This document shows, in pieces, positions 21,590 to 33,676 of a stretch of DNA of 64,000 nt. This DNA is from Scenedesmus sp. PABB004 (lineage: Eukaryota): positions 62,001-126,000 of the forward strand of contig JABVCE010000043.1 of the NCBI GenBank assembly GCA_014905635.1, written 5' to 3'. Made by a program: the position numbers and the translations under genes. The notes under the pieces are model-generated. The model saw nothing but the letters and a program-made list of their open reading frames with translations, did no database searches and was not told the origin of the DNA. How positions within the stretch are numbered: the stretch's first letter is position 1; every line of letters begins with the position of its first letter.

Positions 21590-24500
21590 ATGGTGTTCGG
21601 CAAGGGCCGGCGCGAGGAGGTTGGTGTCCGGGGGCCCTGTCCGCCCGCTTGGCGCGCCCGCGCAGCCCCGCGACCGCCTGGATCGCGCCCCGACCGGGTC
21701 ACACGCGCTCCTGACGGCAGCGGGCGGCCGGCGACGGCCGTGCAGGGGCGGCGGCGGGCCAACCGACGCGGCCGTCGCGCGCCGCAGGCGGCGGAGCGCG
21801 CGCGGCGCGAGGTGGCGTTCTGGAAGGACCAGCTCGACCACGCGGTGAACGAGAAGAACGCCCTGCTGGAGCGCTACACGGAGCTCTACCGCCACTGCTA
21901 CGCGCTCGAGTCGGCGGTCGGCACGCTCGACGGCGAGAACCAGCAGCTGCGCCACGTGCTCGACCGCACCCTGCTCGACGAGCGCCGCGCCGAGCGCTCC
22001 GCGCCCGCGACGCCGACGTCCGGCGGCTCCGGCGCGTCCACGCCGGTGCGGCGCCGGCGGCGCGGCCAAGGGCGGCCGCAAACGGCGGCCAGCGCGGCGC
22101 CGCGCGGCCCGACCGCTCGCCGACCGCACGCCACGCGCGCACGCCGCGCGCAGGACGGGCGCTCGCTGTCGGCGAGCCTGGCGTGCACGCGCGCGGCGCT
22201 GAAGCAGGCGGACGTGCGCATAGCGATCCTGGAGGACCGCTGCGTCACGCTCTCGGGCGAGGCCGACCTGCTGCGCAAGCAGAACGAGCTGCTGCGCTCC
22301 TCCGAGGCGGCCTTCCAGAAGGAGGCGCAGCTGGTGCGCGCGCGCGGCAAGCCCCGCGACGCGCACGCGCACACGCATGCGCGCGCACAAGCGCACGCGC
22401 ACCCACGTCGTGCCGCCGCCGTGCCGTCGTGGCGCCGCAGCTGCGCGAGGAGCTGAGCAACGCGCGCGGCATCAACGACCTCACGGCCGACGAGACGACC
22501 AAGCTGCTGCTCGACAACAGCCGCCTGCAGCAGGCGGTCGTGGCGGGGCACAGCGAGGTGCTGCACAAGGACGAGATGCTGCGCCTGCTCAGCGCCGAGA
22601 TCAAGTGCGCCGCGCTGCACACGCGGCGGCGGCCCGGGCCGCCCCACGCCGGCGGCCGCGCGGGCTGACGTCCCCCGCGCGCCCGTGCGCGTGCGCGCAT
22701 GCAGTGAGCTCAATGCCAAGCTCGAGGCGTACGCGACCGCGGCGGCAGCGCTGGGCCTGGAGGCGAGCTGGGAGGGCGGCGCGCCCGGCGGCGAGGCGGG
22801 CTCCGCAGCGGCGCACGGCAGCGCCGCGCCGTCTGGCGGCGGTGCGGCGCCGGCCGACGGCGAGCCCGGCCAGTCGGAGGCCGGCGCCGTGGCGGAGGCG
22901 CTCGAGCGCGGCGGAGGCGCACTGCAGCGCAAGAGCGCCGGCGGCGCGCTGCGCTCCAGCGCGGGCGGCGGCGCGGGCGGCGGTGCGCTCTGCGCGGAGG
23001 GCAGCGCGGAGGCCGCGGTGGAGGCGCTGGCGGCGGCGATGCCGCTGCGGCTGAGCGGCGTCGGCATGCTGCGCACGAGCTGCGTGGAGCGCAAGGGTGA
23101 GCGGGGCGCACGCGCTCTGCGGCAGCTGCGCCGCGCAGGCGGGGCGTGCCGCCGACGCCGGCCGCCGCCGGCCGCCACCGGCCGCCGCGCAGGCGCGTTC
23201 AGTGGCCAGGCCATCACGCCGCGCGACATGGCCGAGCTGAAGCAGAAGCTCGAGGCCGAGGGCGGCGGCTGCCCCAGCGGCGCAAGCGCCGCGCCCGCGC
23301 CGCCCAAGCCCCCGCGCCAGCGCAGCAGGCCGCAGGCAGCCAAGCGCCAGCCCTCGGCCGAGGCGCCCGAGCCCCCGGCGCCGGTGGAGGCCGCCGACAC
23401 CAGCGCGCCCGCGCCGGCACGCGCGCCTGCGCCCGCCCCGGTCCCTGCGCCCGCGGCAGCGCCCGGCGCCAGCGCCGGGGGCAAGCAGGCGGCCCTGCAC
23501 GTGGACGCTCCGGGCTCGGCGCCGCCGGCGGCTGCTGCTGGCGCGGGCGGCGGGGACGAGGAGGCGGAGGACATGCTGCAGGCGCGTGCAGGGGCAGCGT
23601 GTGCAGGGCGCGGCGGCCCGCAGAGGCCCGCGGCCGCGGCTCCGGCACCGGTCGACGCCGTGCCGCCCCCGCCGCACCGCCACGCCCCCGCAGGGCAGCC
23701 CCAACCTCGCCGACTCGCTGAGCCGCTCGCTGGCGAGCGGCGACGCGCTGACGCTCAGCCTGGCGCCGCCCAAGGTCAGCGTGACGCCGCAGCTGTCCAG
23801 CGCCAGCACGCCCGCGGGGCCGCCGCCGCAGGCTGCCAGCGGCGCGGGCGGGGGCCCCAGCGCACCGCCGTCGCCCAGGGGCGCTGTGCCGCCGCGCGGC
23901 GGCAGTGCCGGCGGCGGGCCGTCGGGCGGGGGTGCCCCGGCGGTGAACGAGTTCAAGCTCGCCGCGCTCGTGGCGCCGCCGCCGCTCGAGCCGGCCGCCG
24001 ACGGCGCGCCGACGGACGACGCGCCGCCGGGCGAGCCCGTGGAGCTGTCGGAGCTGCAGCCTGGCATCCCGCAGCGCCAGCAGGCGCTCGCGCGGCTCGC
24101 GGCGGAGCAGCAGACGCAGCGCCGCAACCCGAACGCCGCGGCCATGGCCGCCGCGTCCGCGGCCGCCTCGGGCGGCGGCGGGCCGCGCCTGGACGCGCCC
24201 TCGCCGCGCAGCAACCTGGCGGCGGCCATGCTGGACCCGGCCGCCGTGGCGGCGGCGGCCGCGGCGGCCGGCGTGCTGGACGCGCCGAGCGAGGCGCTCA
24301 CGCCCGCGCCCGACGCGGCGCCCGCGCCCGACGCGGCGCCGGTGTGCCAGCGGCACGCGGCGCTCGCACGGCTGGCGGTGGAGCAGGAGGCGCGCATTGA
24401 GCAGGAGGCGCGCGTTCAGCCCGACCGCCAGCCGGGCGGCTCGCGCAGGTGCAGCAACAGCTCCGCCGACGCCGATCGGGAGGGCAGGCAGCGGCGCGCC

Positions 24501-25591
24501 GCGCCAGCGGCGCTCGGCGCTGCCGAGCCGGGCGCCGGCGACGGGGCCGGTGAGCCCGCGCCCGCGCAGGGCAGCGGCGCCGACGGCAAGCCCGCCGGAG
24601 GCACGCCGCCCGCGGGCGACGCCGAGCTGCAGGGCGCGGAGGCTGCTGCCGATGGCAGCCCCTCTGAGCCGGCGGCGGCGGCAGTGGCCCAGGCGGCCGC
24701 GTCGAGCGAGGCCGGCGCCGCCGCCAGCGGCAGCGAGGCCCGCGCCGACGAGGCGCCGGTGCCCAGCGCGGCACCGGCGGGGGGCAGCGAGCAGCCCGCC
24801 GCCCCGCGGCGCCGGCCGGCGCCGCCCCGGGCGGCGAGGCGCTGCCGCGCAGCGCGTCGCTCAAGGCCCGCATCGCCGCGATGAACGCGGCCGACCAGGC
24901 GGCACGGTCGCCGGGCGGCAGCCCCAAGGCGGCGCCGCCCCGCGCCGCGCCGGGCCGCGGCGGCGTGGTGTCCCGCTTCCTCGCGGCGGCCAGCGAGCAG
25001 GGCACGGGCAGCGACGGCGGGGCGGCGCCCAGCAGGATCCCGGCGCCCGCCGCCGATCGGCGCGGCAGCGCACCCGGCGGCGCCAGCGCGCCCGCCGGCA
25101 GCCAGCAGAGCAAGATCCCTGGCGCGCCGCAGCCGCCGCCCGCCCAGGCCAGCGCCGCCGCCGAGGCGGCCGGCGGTGGCGCGGGCGACGCGCAGGTGGA
25201 GGTGCGGCGGTGCGAGCAGGCCCCGCCGGATGCGCCGCCGGCCGGCGGCAAGGACACCGCAGCCGCCGACGGCGGCGCGTCCGGCGACAGCTCGCGCGCG
25301 CAGGCCGGCAAGGCCCTCGCAGCGCTGGCTGCCAAGGCCGCCGCCAGCGGCGCCGGCAAGCAGGGCGCGGACGGCGGCGACGCGGCGCCCGGCGGCGGCG
25401 CTGGCGGAGCCCGGACCGCCGCGAAGCGGGCCGGCGGCGCTGTGCCGGACGACGCCCAGGCGCGCGACGGCAGCGGCGGCGCGGCAGCGGCGGCCGGCGC
25501 GGCCGCCGGCAAGGCGGCGGCCGCTGCCGCGCAGCGGCGCCAGATGTCTGACCGCATGGCCGCCATGCGCGCGGCGTTTGAGGGCAAGTGA
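21590..25591 (+). CDS. Hypothetical protein with N-terminal coiled coil and long Ala/Pro/Gly-rich tail
   Basis: Spliced heptad-rich exons (EVAFWKDQLDHAVNEKNALLERYTELY..LDGENQQLR; LEDRCVTLSGEADLLRKQNELL; LLLDNSRLQQ). Ends MSDRMAAMRAAFEGK*. Confidence 0.65.
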
Positions 25592-25730
25592 GGGGCGGGC
25601 CGTCTGTTGAGTTGAGCAGCTGTCCATAGCATGCGCTGCGCACCCTCTGCAGCGCATGTGCAGGCCGACTCGAACGCGCGCCGTCGGGGTGGACGGCGCG
25701 GTTGCGTTTGACGGCGACGGTGATGACGGC

Positions 25731-25947
25731 GGTGATGACCGCGGGCGCCCGCAGCAACATGGAAAGGGCGCAGCAGCCTGCACAGCATGTCACTGCGGGC
25801 GGCTGAGGTGAGCGCGCGCGCGGGCGCGACGCGTGGTGCCCGCTTGCTCGTCGGCGGGCTCGGAGCAGCCGTGCCGCGGGTGGCGGCGGCGGTGGCGGCG
25901 GAGGTTGTACGTGAGGCCTGACGCGCTGGGGCCTGGCAATGTGAGCC
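25731..25947 (+). repeat. Direct repeat B, copy 1 (about 210 bp)
   Basis: Aligns with 28950-29160 (shared ACAGCATGTCACTGCGGGCGGCTGAGGTGAG and GGAGGTTGTACGTG..AGGCCTGACGCGCTGGG). Confidence 0.9.
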
Positions 25948-26048
25948 GATTACTAGGCGGCAATCGCTGCTGGCATCTTGGTCACGCAACCGCGGTGCGG
26001 TGACAGTTCCCAGTCATGTCAGTTCCCAACCATGTCAGTCCAGACCGC

Positions 26049-28678
26049 TCAGATCGACTGCACACCCCCCGCCTCTCGCAGGCGCATGGCGGGCGCAGAC
26101 GAGCCGTCGTCAGGTGCGGCCGCGTCGGGCGTGAGCGACAGCGTCACCACCGTGCAGTCCTGGTCGCGGCCGCTGCCGGCAATGTCAGGGGCTGCCTTGG
26201 CGGCGCCCCCCAGCTTCAGCCGTTCGCTGCCCAGCGCCTCAAGCGTGGCCGACTCGTCCACCAGCCTGCAGCAGCACCGCCGGTGCGTTGCGGCAACGCG
26301 CGCGAGTGAGCCAGGCAGGGCGAGCGGCAAGCGGCCCTGCTCGTGCCGCCTGCGTGCCCAGGGGTGGCCGCACCGCTCAATGTCACGCCACGTGGTGACC
26401 GCAATGTCAAAGAGGGGCATGTACCTGGGGGTGGGGTGGACGGCAGGGCGGCAGGCGGGACGGCGGGACGGCGGGACAGCATGCGGGCGGCAGGCGGGGC
26501 GGACGGCAGGCAGGGCGGCAGGCAGGGCGGCAGGCAGGGCGGCAGGCAGGGCGGCAGGCAGGGCGGCAGGCAGGGCGGCAGGCAGAGGCCGCGGGCGTTG
26601 TGAGGCGCTGCGGCGCTGCCTTGTGCGACGCGCGCGGAGGTCCCGCGGCAGCTGCGAAAGCTCACGGGAAGGGCTCCTCCAGCTGGCTGGCAATCTCGTC
26701 CACCCCCAGCATCAGGATGGTCATGAGCAGGTACAGCAGAATTTCAAACACCGGCACCATGAGCGCTTGCTGGGCCGGGCCCACGGCGGGCCGTGCGGTG
26801 CTGCGGTCAGGGATGATCGCAAACGCCGCAAAGATGAGCCACACCTGCGCGCAGCGGGCGCGCGCTCTGTGTGGCGAGCACGCAGCGGCAGGCTGGCGGC
26901 CGCGACCGCGCGCAGCCGCCGCGCCCCACACCAGCAGCGAGGCGTGTGCGCGCGCGCGGCCGAAGCCGGAGCTGCACGGCGGCACACGCACCTCCAGGAA
27001 GCCGGAGCAAAAGAGCGTGAGCGCGTACGGCATGGCCTGGAACTTGATGCGCGCGCACGTGCCCTGGTCGTTGATGCCCCTGGTCAAGGCCCCGTCCAAC
27101 TGCAGAAACTGCAGACCACCGGCCCCACGTGCCGGACACAGACACAGATGGTGCGGGCGGTGGCGGCCGTTGAGGTCCCGCCGCCGCCCGAGGGGCCTGC
27201 TGCGCGTGCCGTTGCTCGCGTGCACGGCCCTGCCCCCCCCCCTTCCTTCTCCCCCCCCCCCCCCCCCCCCACACACCTTTGGCAGGTCAAGGTTGGCCTT
27301 GTCGACGGAGCTGCCGCAGGCGCGTCGTCACCAGGTTGCGGCCCTTGCGCGACTTTGAGTAGTAAGCCAGCTCCTCGGCGCTCAGCAGCGCCGCTGCCAT
27401 GTCGTGCAGCGGCTGGCGCGTGAGCAGCTGATAGATGCTGAAATGCCAAATCTTGGCCCAGCGCACAATCTCAGCCTGCCGGGGCATGGCGCCAGCGGTG
27501 GCGGCGAGGCGTGGGGCGCGGGCCTGACGCCGCTGCGCTGGGCGCCCGGTGGTGGCGTCAGCGCGCTTGCTGCCTGCGCACCCACCCGCAGCTGTGGGTC
27601 CGGGACCCAGAGCGTGGCCATGGTGGCGACCGACAGCGCGGCGTTGCCCACGCCCGCAAAGGACTGGCGGCCCATCCACCACCTGCAGCGGCGGCACCGG
27701 CGCAGGCACGGTGTGTCACTGGCGCAGCTGCTTGCAAGCAGCCCGGGCTGAGTTGCGGGCGGCCAAAGCCCCTAACCCCTTCTCACCGCTCGTAGCTGCG
27801 GTTGACTTTGAAAGAGATCAGGAGCGCCAACATGAAGCCTGACAGGCGCCACACCAGCACGACCGACGTGTCGCCTGCCGACGCGGTCGCACGCGAGCAC
27901 GGCCGGCGCGCTGATCAGGGCGGGGGCCGCGCTGCGCGGGGGCCGCGCTGCGCGGGCGCGCGCTCGCGGCCGCCGCTCGCCCTGCCCGGCTGCCGCCGCG
28001 ACGCCTAGGCTGGCTGCGCTGCACACTGCCCGTAGCCCCAACCCCCGCGCCGCACGGCGCCGCGCACCGTCTATGACGTTCACTTTGGGGATGTTGGCGT
28101 CAATAACGGCCAGGCCCACAGCGGCCAGGTTGACCACCACCGGGTACTGCGCGCGCGCGCGCGCGCGTTGGTCGGCGGCGTGGATGGTGGATGACCAGGG
28201 CAGCTGCAGGCTCAGACCGGGCCGCCCGAAGGCTTTACAGGCCGGCCACGGCGCCTGCCCTAGGTTTCAGCGCAGCGGCAGGCCGCGCGCTGCCGCCACA
28301 CGCAGCCCGCACCTTGATGTGCCACACACAGCACGTGCGAGGGCGGCCCGACGTACGCTATGACCGCCTGCACCCAGCGCCACTGCGACCGCAGCATGGC
28401 CCACTACTTGTCGCGAGTCTTGGAGGCGACGAGGTCGGGCCTGTGCGCATGCGTGTGTGTGTGTGTGGGGACCGGGGAGGGGGCAGCACCAGCAGCGCCG
28501 CGGGCGCAACCAGACGCGCCGCAAGCCGCCCCCACGCGCACCGACAGGCGTACACCAGGTACACGTAGAGTCGTAGCGGCGCCATGAGGGCGTGCAGCAG
28601 CCGGGAGGTGCTGCTGAAGCGTGCCTTGGCGACCTCCGCGTCCGTGAGCCGGCCGTGGCCGATTGTTTTCTGCGGCAT
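26049..28678 (-). CDS. Bestrophin-like (RFP-TM/UPF0187) anion channel with an apparent +1 frameshift; possible pseudogene or assembly error
   Basis: Exons give GFMLALLISFKVNRSYER|WWMGR, GTCARIKFQAMPY and LGVDEIASQLEEPF, hallmarks of YneE/VCCN-type bestrophins. An extra base at 27307-27308 breaks the frame. 5' exon structure uncertain. Confidence 0.8.
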
Positions 28679-28949
28679 GGCTGGATGCTGTCGTCTGGGG
28701 TGCGGGGCGCCACGGAACGCGCGGCGTGGGGCGGCGAGGGTCGGGTATGAGCTCGGGAACACACAGAAGCTCACTCATCAAGACCCAACAGCCCTGGGCC
28801 CGCCGCGCCCCGCAGCTTCCCGCGGCCTCATCCGATAACGTCAGAGGCACTACCCAGCTGGGCACACACTGGTGCAGGCAACCTGAGCAGGCTGCAGCTG
28901 ACCAGGTCAGTCGCCGCTGAGGTGGGCTGGGCCTCACCACTCTCCCAAA

Positions 28950-29160
28950 GGTGATGACCGCGGCGCCAACATGGACAGGGCGCAGCAGACTGGACAGCAT
29001 GTCACTGCGGGCGGCTGAGGTGAGCGCGCGTGGGCGCCCGCTTGCCGCCCGCTTGCTCGCCGCGGGCTCGGAGCAGCCGCGCCGCGGGTGGCGGCGGCGG
29101 TGGCGGCGGAGGTTGTACGTGTGAGGCCTGACGCGCTGGGCCTGCTGGCAACATGGGGCC
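28950..29160 (+). repeat. Direct repeat B, copy 2 (about 210 bp)
   Basis: Diverged copy of 25731-25947 with small indels. Confidence 0.9.
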
Positions 29161-29820
29161 TAGAGCCGCGCACAGTCGCAGCCGCGGTGTTCGTGGCGGC
29201 GCACCCGGCAGCTCCGTGAGGCGGCGCCGGCAGCCCGCCGCCGGCATCACGCGATCGGCCACGCTTTTGCGCTGCGAACTGGGCCAGCAGCGCCTCAGGC
29301 AGTGGCCGCTGGGCGCCTCAGCCTGGGAGAGCAGCGGGCGCCGTTGACGCCGCGCCGGTGACGCCGGGCAATGTGACGCACTGCGGCTCCCGGCGCCGTC
29401 GCTCCGCACTCCATTCGCTGCGAGAGTGGACGACGGTTGTCCGGAGCGTTCTCGGAGGCGTTCGGAGCGAGTCTCACCGGCAGCGCTGCTGCTGCAGCCC
29501 GCGGCTGCGCCCGGGCTACCAGCAAGGCGTCGTGGCACCAGGTGAGCGGCGCGAGTATCGGCAATCGGTGCGCCTGCCGCGGCAGTGCGCCCGCGCGCGA
29601 GCGCCCGCCAGGCTGGCATCGAGCTCTGCCGCCCCCGCCCCGCGCAGGGTCGAGGCGTCTGCGCTCGCTCGTGGCCGCGGAAGCACCGCCCGCGTATCCT
29701 GACGCGAGATAGAGGTGTCGCATGCCGTCTGGACGGCTGCCTCACCCGCCGCCTCACGCCCAGCCTGGTGACGCCGCGAGAACTGACTCTCCTGAGCGCC
29801 GCGAGACCGTACCGACACCC

Positions 29821-30670
29821 ATGGACGTCACACCAGGACCCTCGCTCTCGACCGCGGTCGCGCGCTGCGGCTGGGCCGCGGCTGCGCCGGCGGGCGCGCC
29901 GGGCGGGCAGGCCACCGCCGACGCGCGGTGCGCCGACCTGGAGCTGGAGCTCATCCTGGACGGCATGCTCACCGCCGGCGCCTTCCCGGGCTGCCCCGAG
30001 CTGGCCATCCCGCCGCCCTGGGCGCACGGCGGCGCGTGCTCGGGGGACGAGGGCAGCTGGATGAGCGCCTGCTCGGCGGAGCTCGAGCTCGAGCTGGCTC
30101 CGAGCAGCTCGGGACACAGCTGCGCGGCGCCGGCGCCGGCGGCGCTGGCGTCGCCCACCGGCAGCCAGGTGGCGGCGCCCGAGGTGCAGCCGGCGGCGGC
30201 GGCGGCGGCCGCCGCCGCGCCGACGGCGGCGCCGGCGTGCGGGGGCGGCGCGCCGCGCGTGGCGGCCGCGCCGCGGCGCAGGAAGCGCGGCGCGGACGCG
30301 GTGGACCTGGCAGCCGAGGTGCGGCGCGGGCGGCGCGCCGGCGCTGGCGCTGCGGGGGGGGGGGGCGCGAGGCCCGCGCCACTCCCTGTGTTGGGGCGCG
30401 CCCCCCTGACCCGCCCTGACCCGCGCCGCCGCCGCGCGCCAGAACGCCGTGCTGCGGCACGAGGCCGCCTGCCAGCAGGCCAAGCTCGACGACATGCGCG
30501 CCGCGCACGCGTCGCTGCTGGCGCGCCTGAGCGACGTGACCGCCAAGTGGCAGGCGACCGTGGTCGACAACGCGCGCCTGCACCGCGACAGCGGCGAGCT
30601 CGCCGCGCAGCTCGCGGCGGCGACGCAGCGGGTGCAGCAGCTGCAGCGCATGCTGGGCGTGTGCGCGTGA
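29821..30670 (+). CDS. bZIP-like leucine-zipper protein with degenerate basic region
   Basis: Two exons (intron 30319-30442): PRRRKRGADAVDLAAE|NAVLRHE..LLARLSDVTAKWQATVVDNARLHRDSGELAAQL, resembling the extended zipper of plant group-C bZIPs. Start codon uncertain. Confidence 0.6.
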
Positions 30671-32121
30671 GCCGGGCGGGGCATCGGTCACCCAGCGCGC
30701 TGGCAAACGTCAGTCGTGAGGAGGAGGAGCGTGGACCTGCCGCTGCGCAGCTGCTCTGCTCCGCGCAATCCCAGCGGCGCTGGGCGCGGCGCGGCTAGCT
30801 TATTTGTGTGCTGGGCGAAACGGTGCGCCAACACCAAACACCAAAGTCAGGGCGCACGACTGCGGCGGGTGATTCATATGTGTCACAACGGCGTCGGCGC
30901 TGCCGTCAAAGCGTCTGCAGGGCGGCAGGCGCCGCGCTTTTGGTGTCGGGTGTGCCGGCGGAAAACGGTGCGCCAGGCGGCGCGCGCGCAGGCTCCTTCT
31001 TTTGTCCCGCACGTGCGCGGGACTTAATCTCCACGGCATGGTGTTGGTTGGTTTGTTGTTTGGAGGCAGGGGGGACGGGGCGGGGGGGGGGGGGGCAAAC
31101 GACTGACCCCGACGAACCGCACTGCTGCGCCGCCGCTCCGTTGCGACTACGCGCATGGGGCCGCACCACCACCATTGCATTGTTCCCTGAGCCCCACGAC
31201 CTGGGGCAGCCAACGCCGCAGCAGCTGCTGCGTGGCACCCCCACGCTCCCCCGTGCAGCCGGGGAGCCCGGGCTGCGCCTGCACTGCACTCGCAACGCAC
31301 TGCAACTGGCACTCGGAGCCTCGGCCGCAACCGTCATCACCCGTGGGGTGAGTGAGCGGCCCGTGTGTGCTGGAGCACGTGGGTGCCAGCGTTCAGACAA
31401 CTGTGTGTGAGGTTCGGACCGAGGTTTGGACCCAGTGCACAGAGTTGGTCTCGTGCCGCATTCAACGCGCGGCTGATCATTCATGAACGTCGCCGCAGCC
31501 TTGTTCAAACGCACGCGCCACGGGCGCGTGCCCCCGGCCGGCGCCGCCAAGCAGAGCCCGGGTGCCTGCTGCGCTTACCAAGGGCAGCGTCACGCGAGCC
31601 GGGCCCTGTGGAGGCTCCCCTCTACAGCCTGCTCTCCCCTGAACTTGCACACAACACCTGCTCTGTCGCACTCGTACTAATACGCAACACTGAACAGAGC
31701 TCAAGAGTGTGGTGTGCACCGCTGTGGCGGTCGGTCTCGTGCCGAGGCAGTCGTTAATGGCCTTTCTCTGTTGCTGCTCTGTTGCCGGGGTGAACGGCCG
31801 GTGCACAGCCGGCTGCGCCGGCGCAGCTGCAGCCGGGTGAACGCGGGCTGGTGAACGTGGCCGGGTGAGCGCGGCTGCCTCCAACGCATGCAAACAGTGC
31901 GGCGTCGCCGGGTGGGCGGGGCGCTCCGTGAGCTTGCTGCTGGTGCTGCTGCGGCCCGGGCCGGCGTCGGGCCGCCCAGGAGCTGCCGGCGGCACTGCCG
32001 GCGGCACTGCCGGCGGCACTGCCGGCGCTGCCACGCGTGGCTGTTACCATGTTCGAGGTCCAGCCCCCCCCCCCCCCCCACTCCCCCCCCCCGCACACAC
32101 TGTCCGGATCTGAGCCCGCGG

Positions 32122-33241
32122 TCAGTGCAGGGCAAGGCGCCAGAGGTCGCCGCGCCGCGCGTTGTCGGCGCCGAGGCCGCCGTGCACCACCAGGTCGCCG
32201 CGCAGCGCGGCGCAGCCAAACCAGCCGCGCGGGCCCGGGCCGCTTCCGCCGGCTGCCTCGACCGCGTGCCACGCGGGCGCGTCGCTCGTGGCGTCTAGAC
32301 AGGCCAGCATCGAGCAGAAGTCGCCCGCGCCCGCGTGGCCCTTGTCGGAGGGCGCGCATTCCCCCGCGAAGGTGATCACGTGACCCGCGTGCCCGCAGGC
32401 CGCCGCGCAGCCGCCCGCGCAGCCGCCCGCGCCGCCGTGCGCGGCCGCGCCAAACACGCTGCGCGGCAGCGGCATCGCCGGCGCGGCGCGGGCGCCGCCT
32501 GGCGCGGCGCAGCAGCTCCACGACTCGCTGTCGAGGTCCAACACGTGAACGTCGCCCAGCTCGGCGCCGTTGAACCCCCCATCAGCAGCAGCCGTGTGTC
32601 GCCCGCGGCCGCGAGCACGGCGCCGCCGCGCGGGCCCGCGGCTGGGCAGGCCGGGAGCTGCCGCCACGCGTCGGCGGCGGGGTCGTACGCCCACAGGTCG
32701 GCCAGCCGGCCGTCCGCGCCGCAGCCGCCAAAGACGTACAGCTGCCCGCGGGCAACCGCGGACGCGTGGAAGCTGCGCGGCGCCGGGGACGGGCCCGCGG
32801 GGCGCCGCGACGACCATGTCAGGCTGCCGAGGTCCAGCACGTGCAGGTCGCCGCGCGCGCCCTCGCCCAGCTCCACCCCTGGGGCGCGCGCGCGCGCGCG
32901 GGCGAGTGGGCGGGGTGGGTGGCGGCGCGGCTGCCGCGCGCGTCGGCGCAGAGCTGCGCCGCCGCCTCACCGGTGCGGCCGCCGAAGAGGACCAGCTGGT
33001 CGCCGATGACCGCCGCCGTCGCGGCGATGCGGCCGCCGGGCGCCTCGCCGCGCGTGCGCAGCCTGGACCAGTCACCGCGCTCGACGCTGTAGGCATACAC
33101 ATCGTCGGTCAACGGGATGCGCGGCTCCAGCTCGCCACAGAGCACGTAGAGGGTGTCGCCACCCGCCGACGCAGCGAGGCAGTGGCTCGACCGCGGCCCG
33201 GGGCTCTCGCCGGCCTGCGGCAGCTCCTGCCAGGTCGCCAT
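32122..33241 (-). CDS. Kelch-repeat beta-propeller protein (nitrile-specifier protein-like)
   Basis: PGPRSSH, GELEPRIP, LVLFGGRTG, PAPRSFH, LYVFGGCG, GGFNGAELGDVH, PRSVFG and PGPRGWF Kelch motifs. One intron. Confidence 0.88.
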
Positions 33242-33676
33242 TGATGGTTCTGGTGCAGCTCCTGGCGCCTGAGTGGAGGCGCAGCTGCGCGGTGTGTGCG
33301 TTTTGCAGCCGCTGCACGATGTCGCAGCCGCCGCTGTCCGCTGCCGGCCGGCGCCCCGACAGCACTGGCGCCTGCGGAGCTGCTCGAGCGGCGCGCGTGT
33401 GCGCCGCGGCGATGAATGCGAGCGGCAGCATCGCTAGTTCGCCGCCGCGGTGCAGCGTGGCGCGGCTGAAGCGCGGCGGCGCTCCAGCCGTCGTGCGCCG
33501 GCGGCGCATGCCTCTGCGCGGCCGCAGCGGGTCAAACCGCGTTACCGAGCAGCCCAGCGCCAGCTGGCGATCTCGGCCAGCGCTGCTCCGCCGCCCCGCC
33601 GCCGTGCAGCGCTCCCGCTCGCAGCGCTCCCGCCCGCGTCGCCGTTCCCCGCGCCCGCCCCCTGCACGCCCCTCTC

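Noticed and set aside
28951..29018. GTGATGA...CTGA spaced about 68 nt in repeat B (also 25732-25806), resembling a C/D snoRNA
   Set aside because: No adjacent terminal stem and no recognisable rRNA guide. The CTGA overlaps a GAG|GTGAG donor-like site, so an exon remnant is as likely. Not excluded without small-RNA data.
30700..32100. Lower-GC 1.4-kb interval as a possible transposon or ncRNA locus
   Set aside because: No terminal repeats, coding signal or RNA motif recognised. It lies between convergent genes, so long 3' UTRs suffice.
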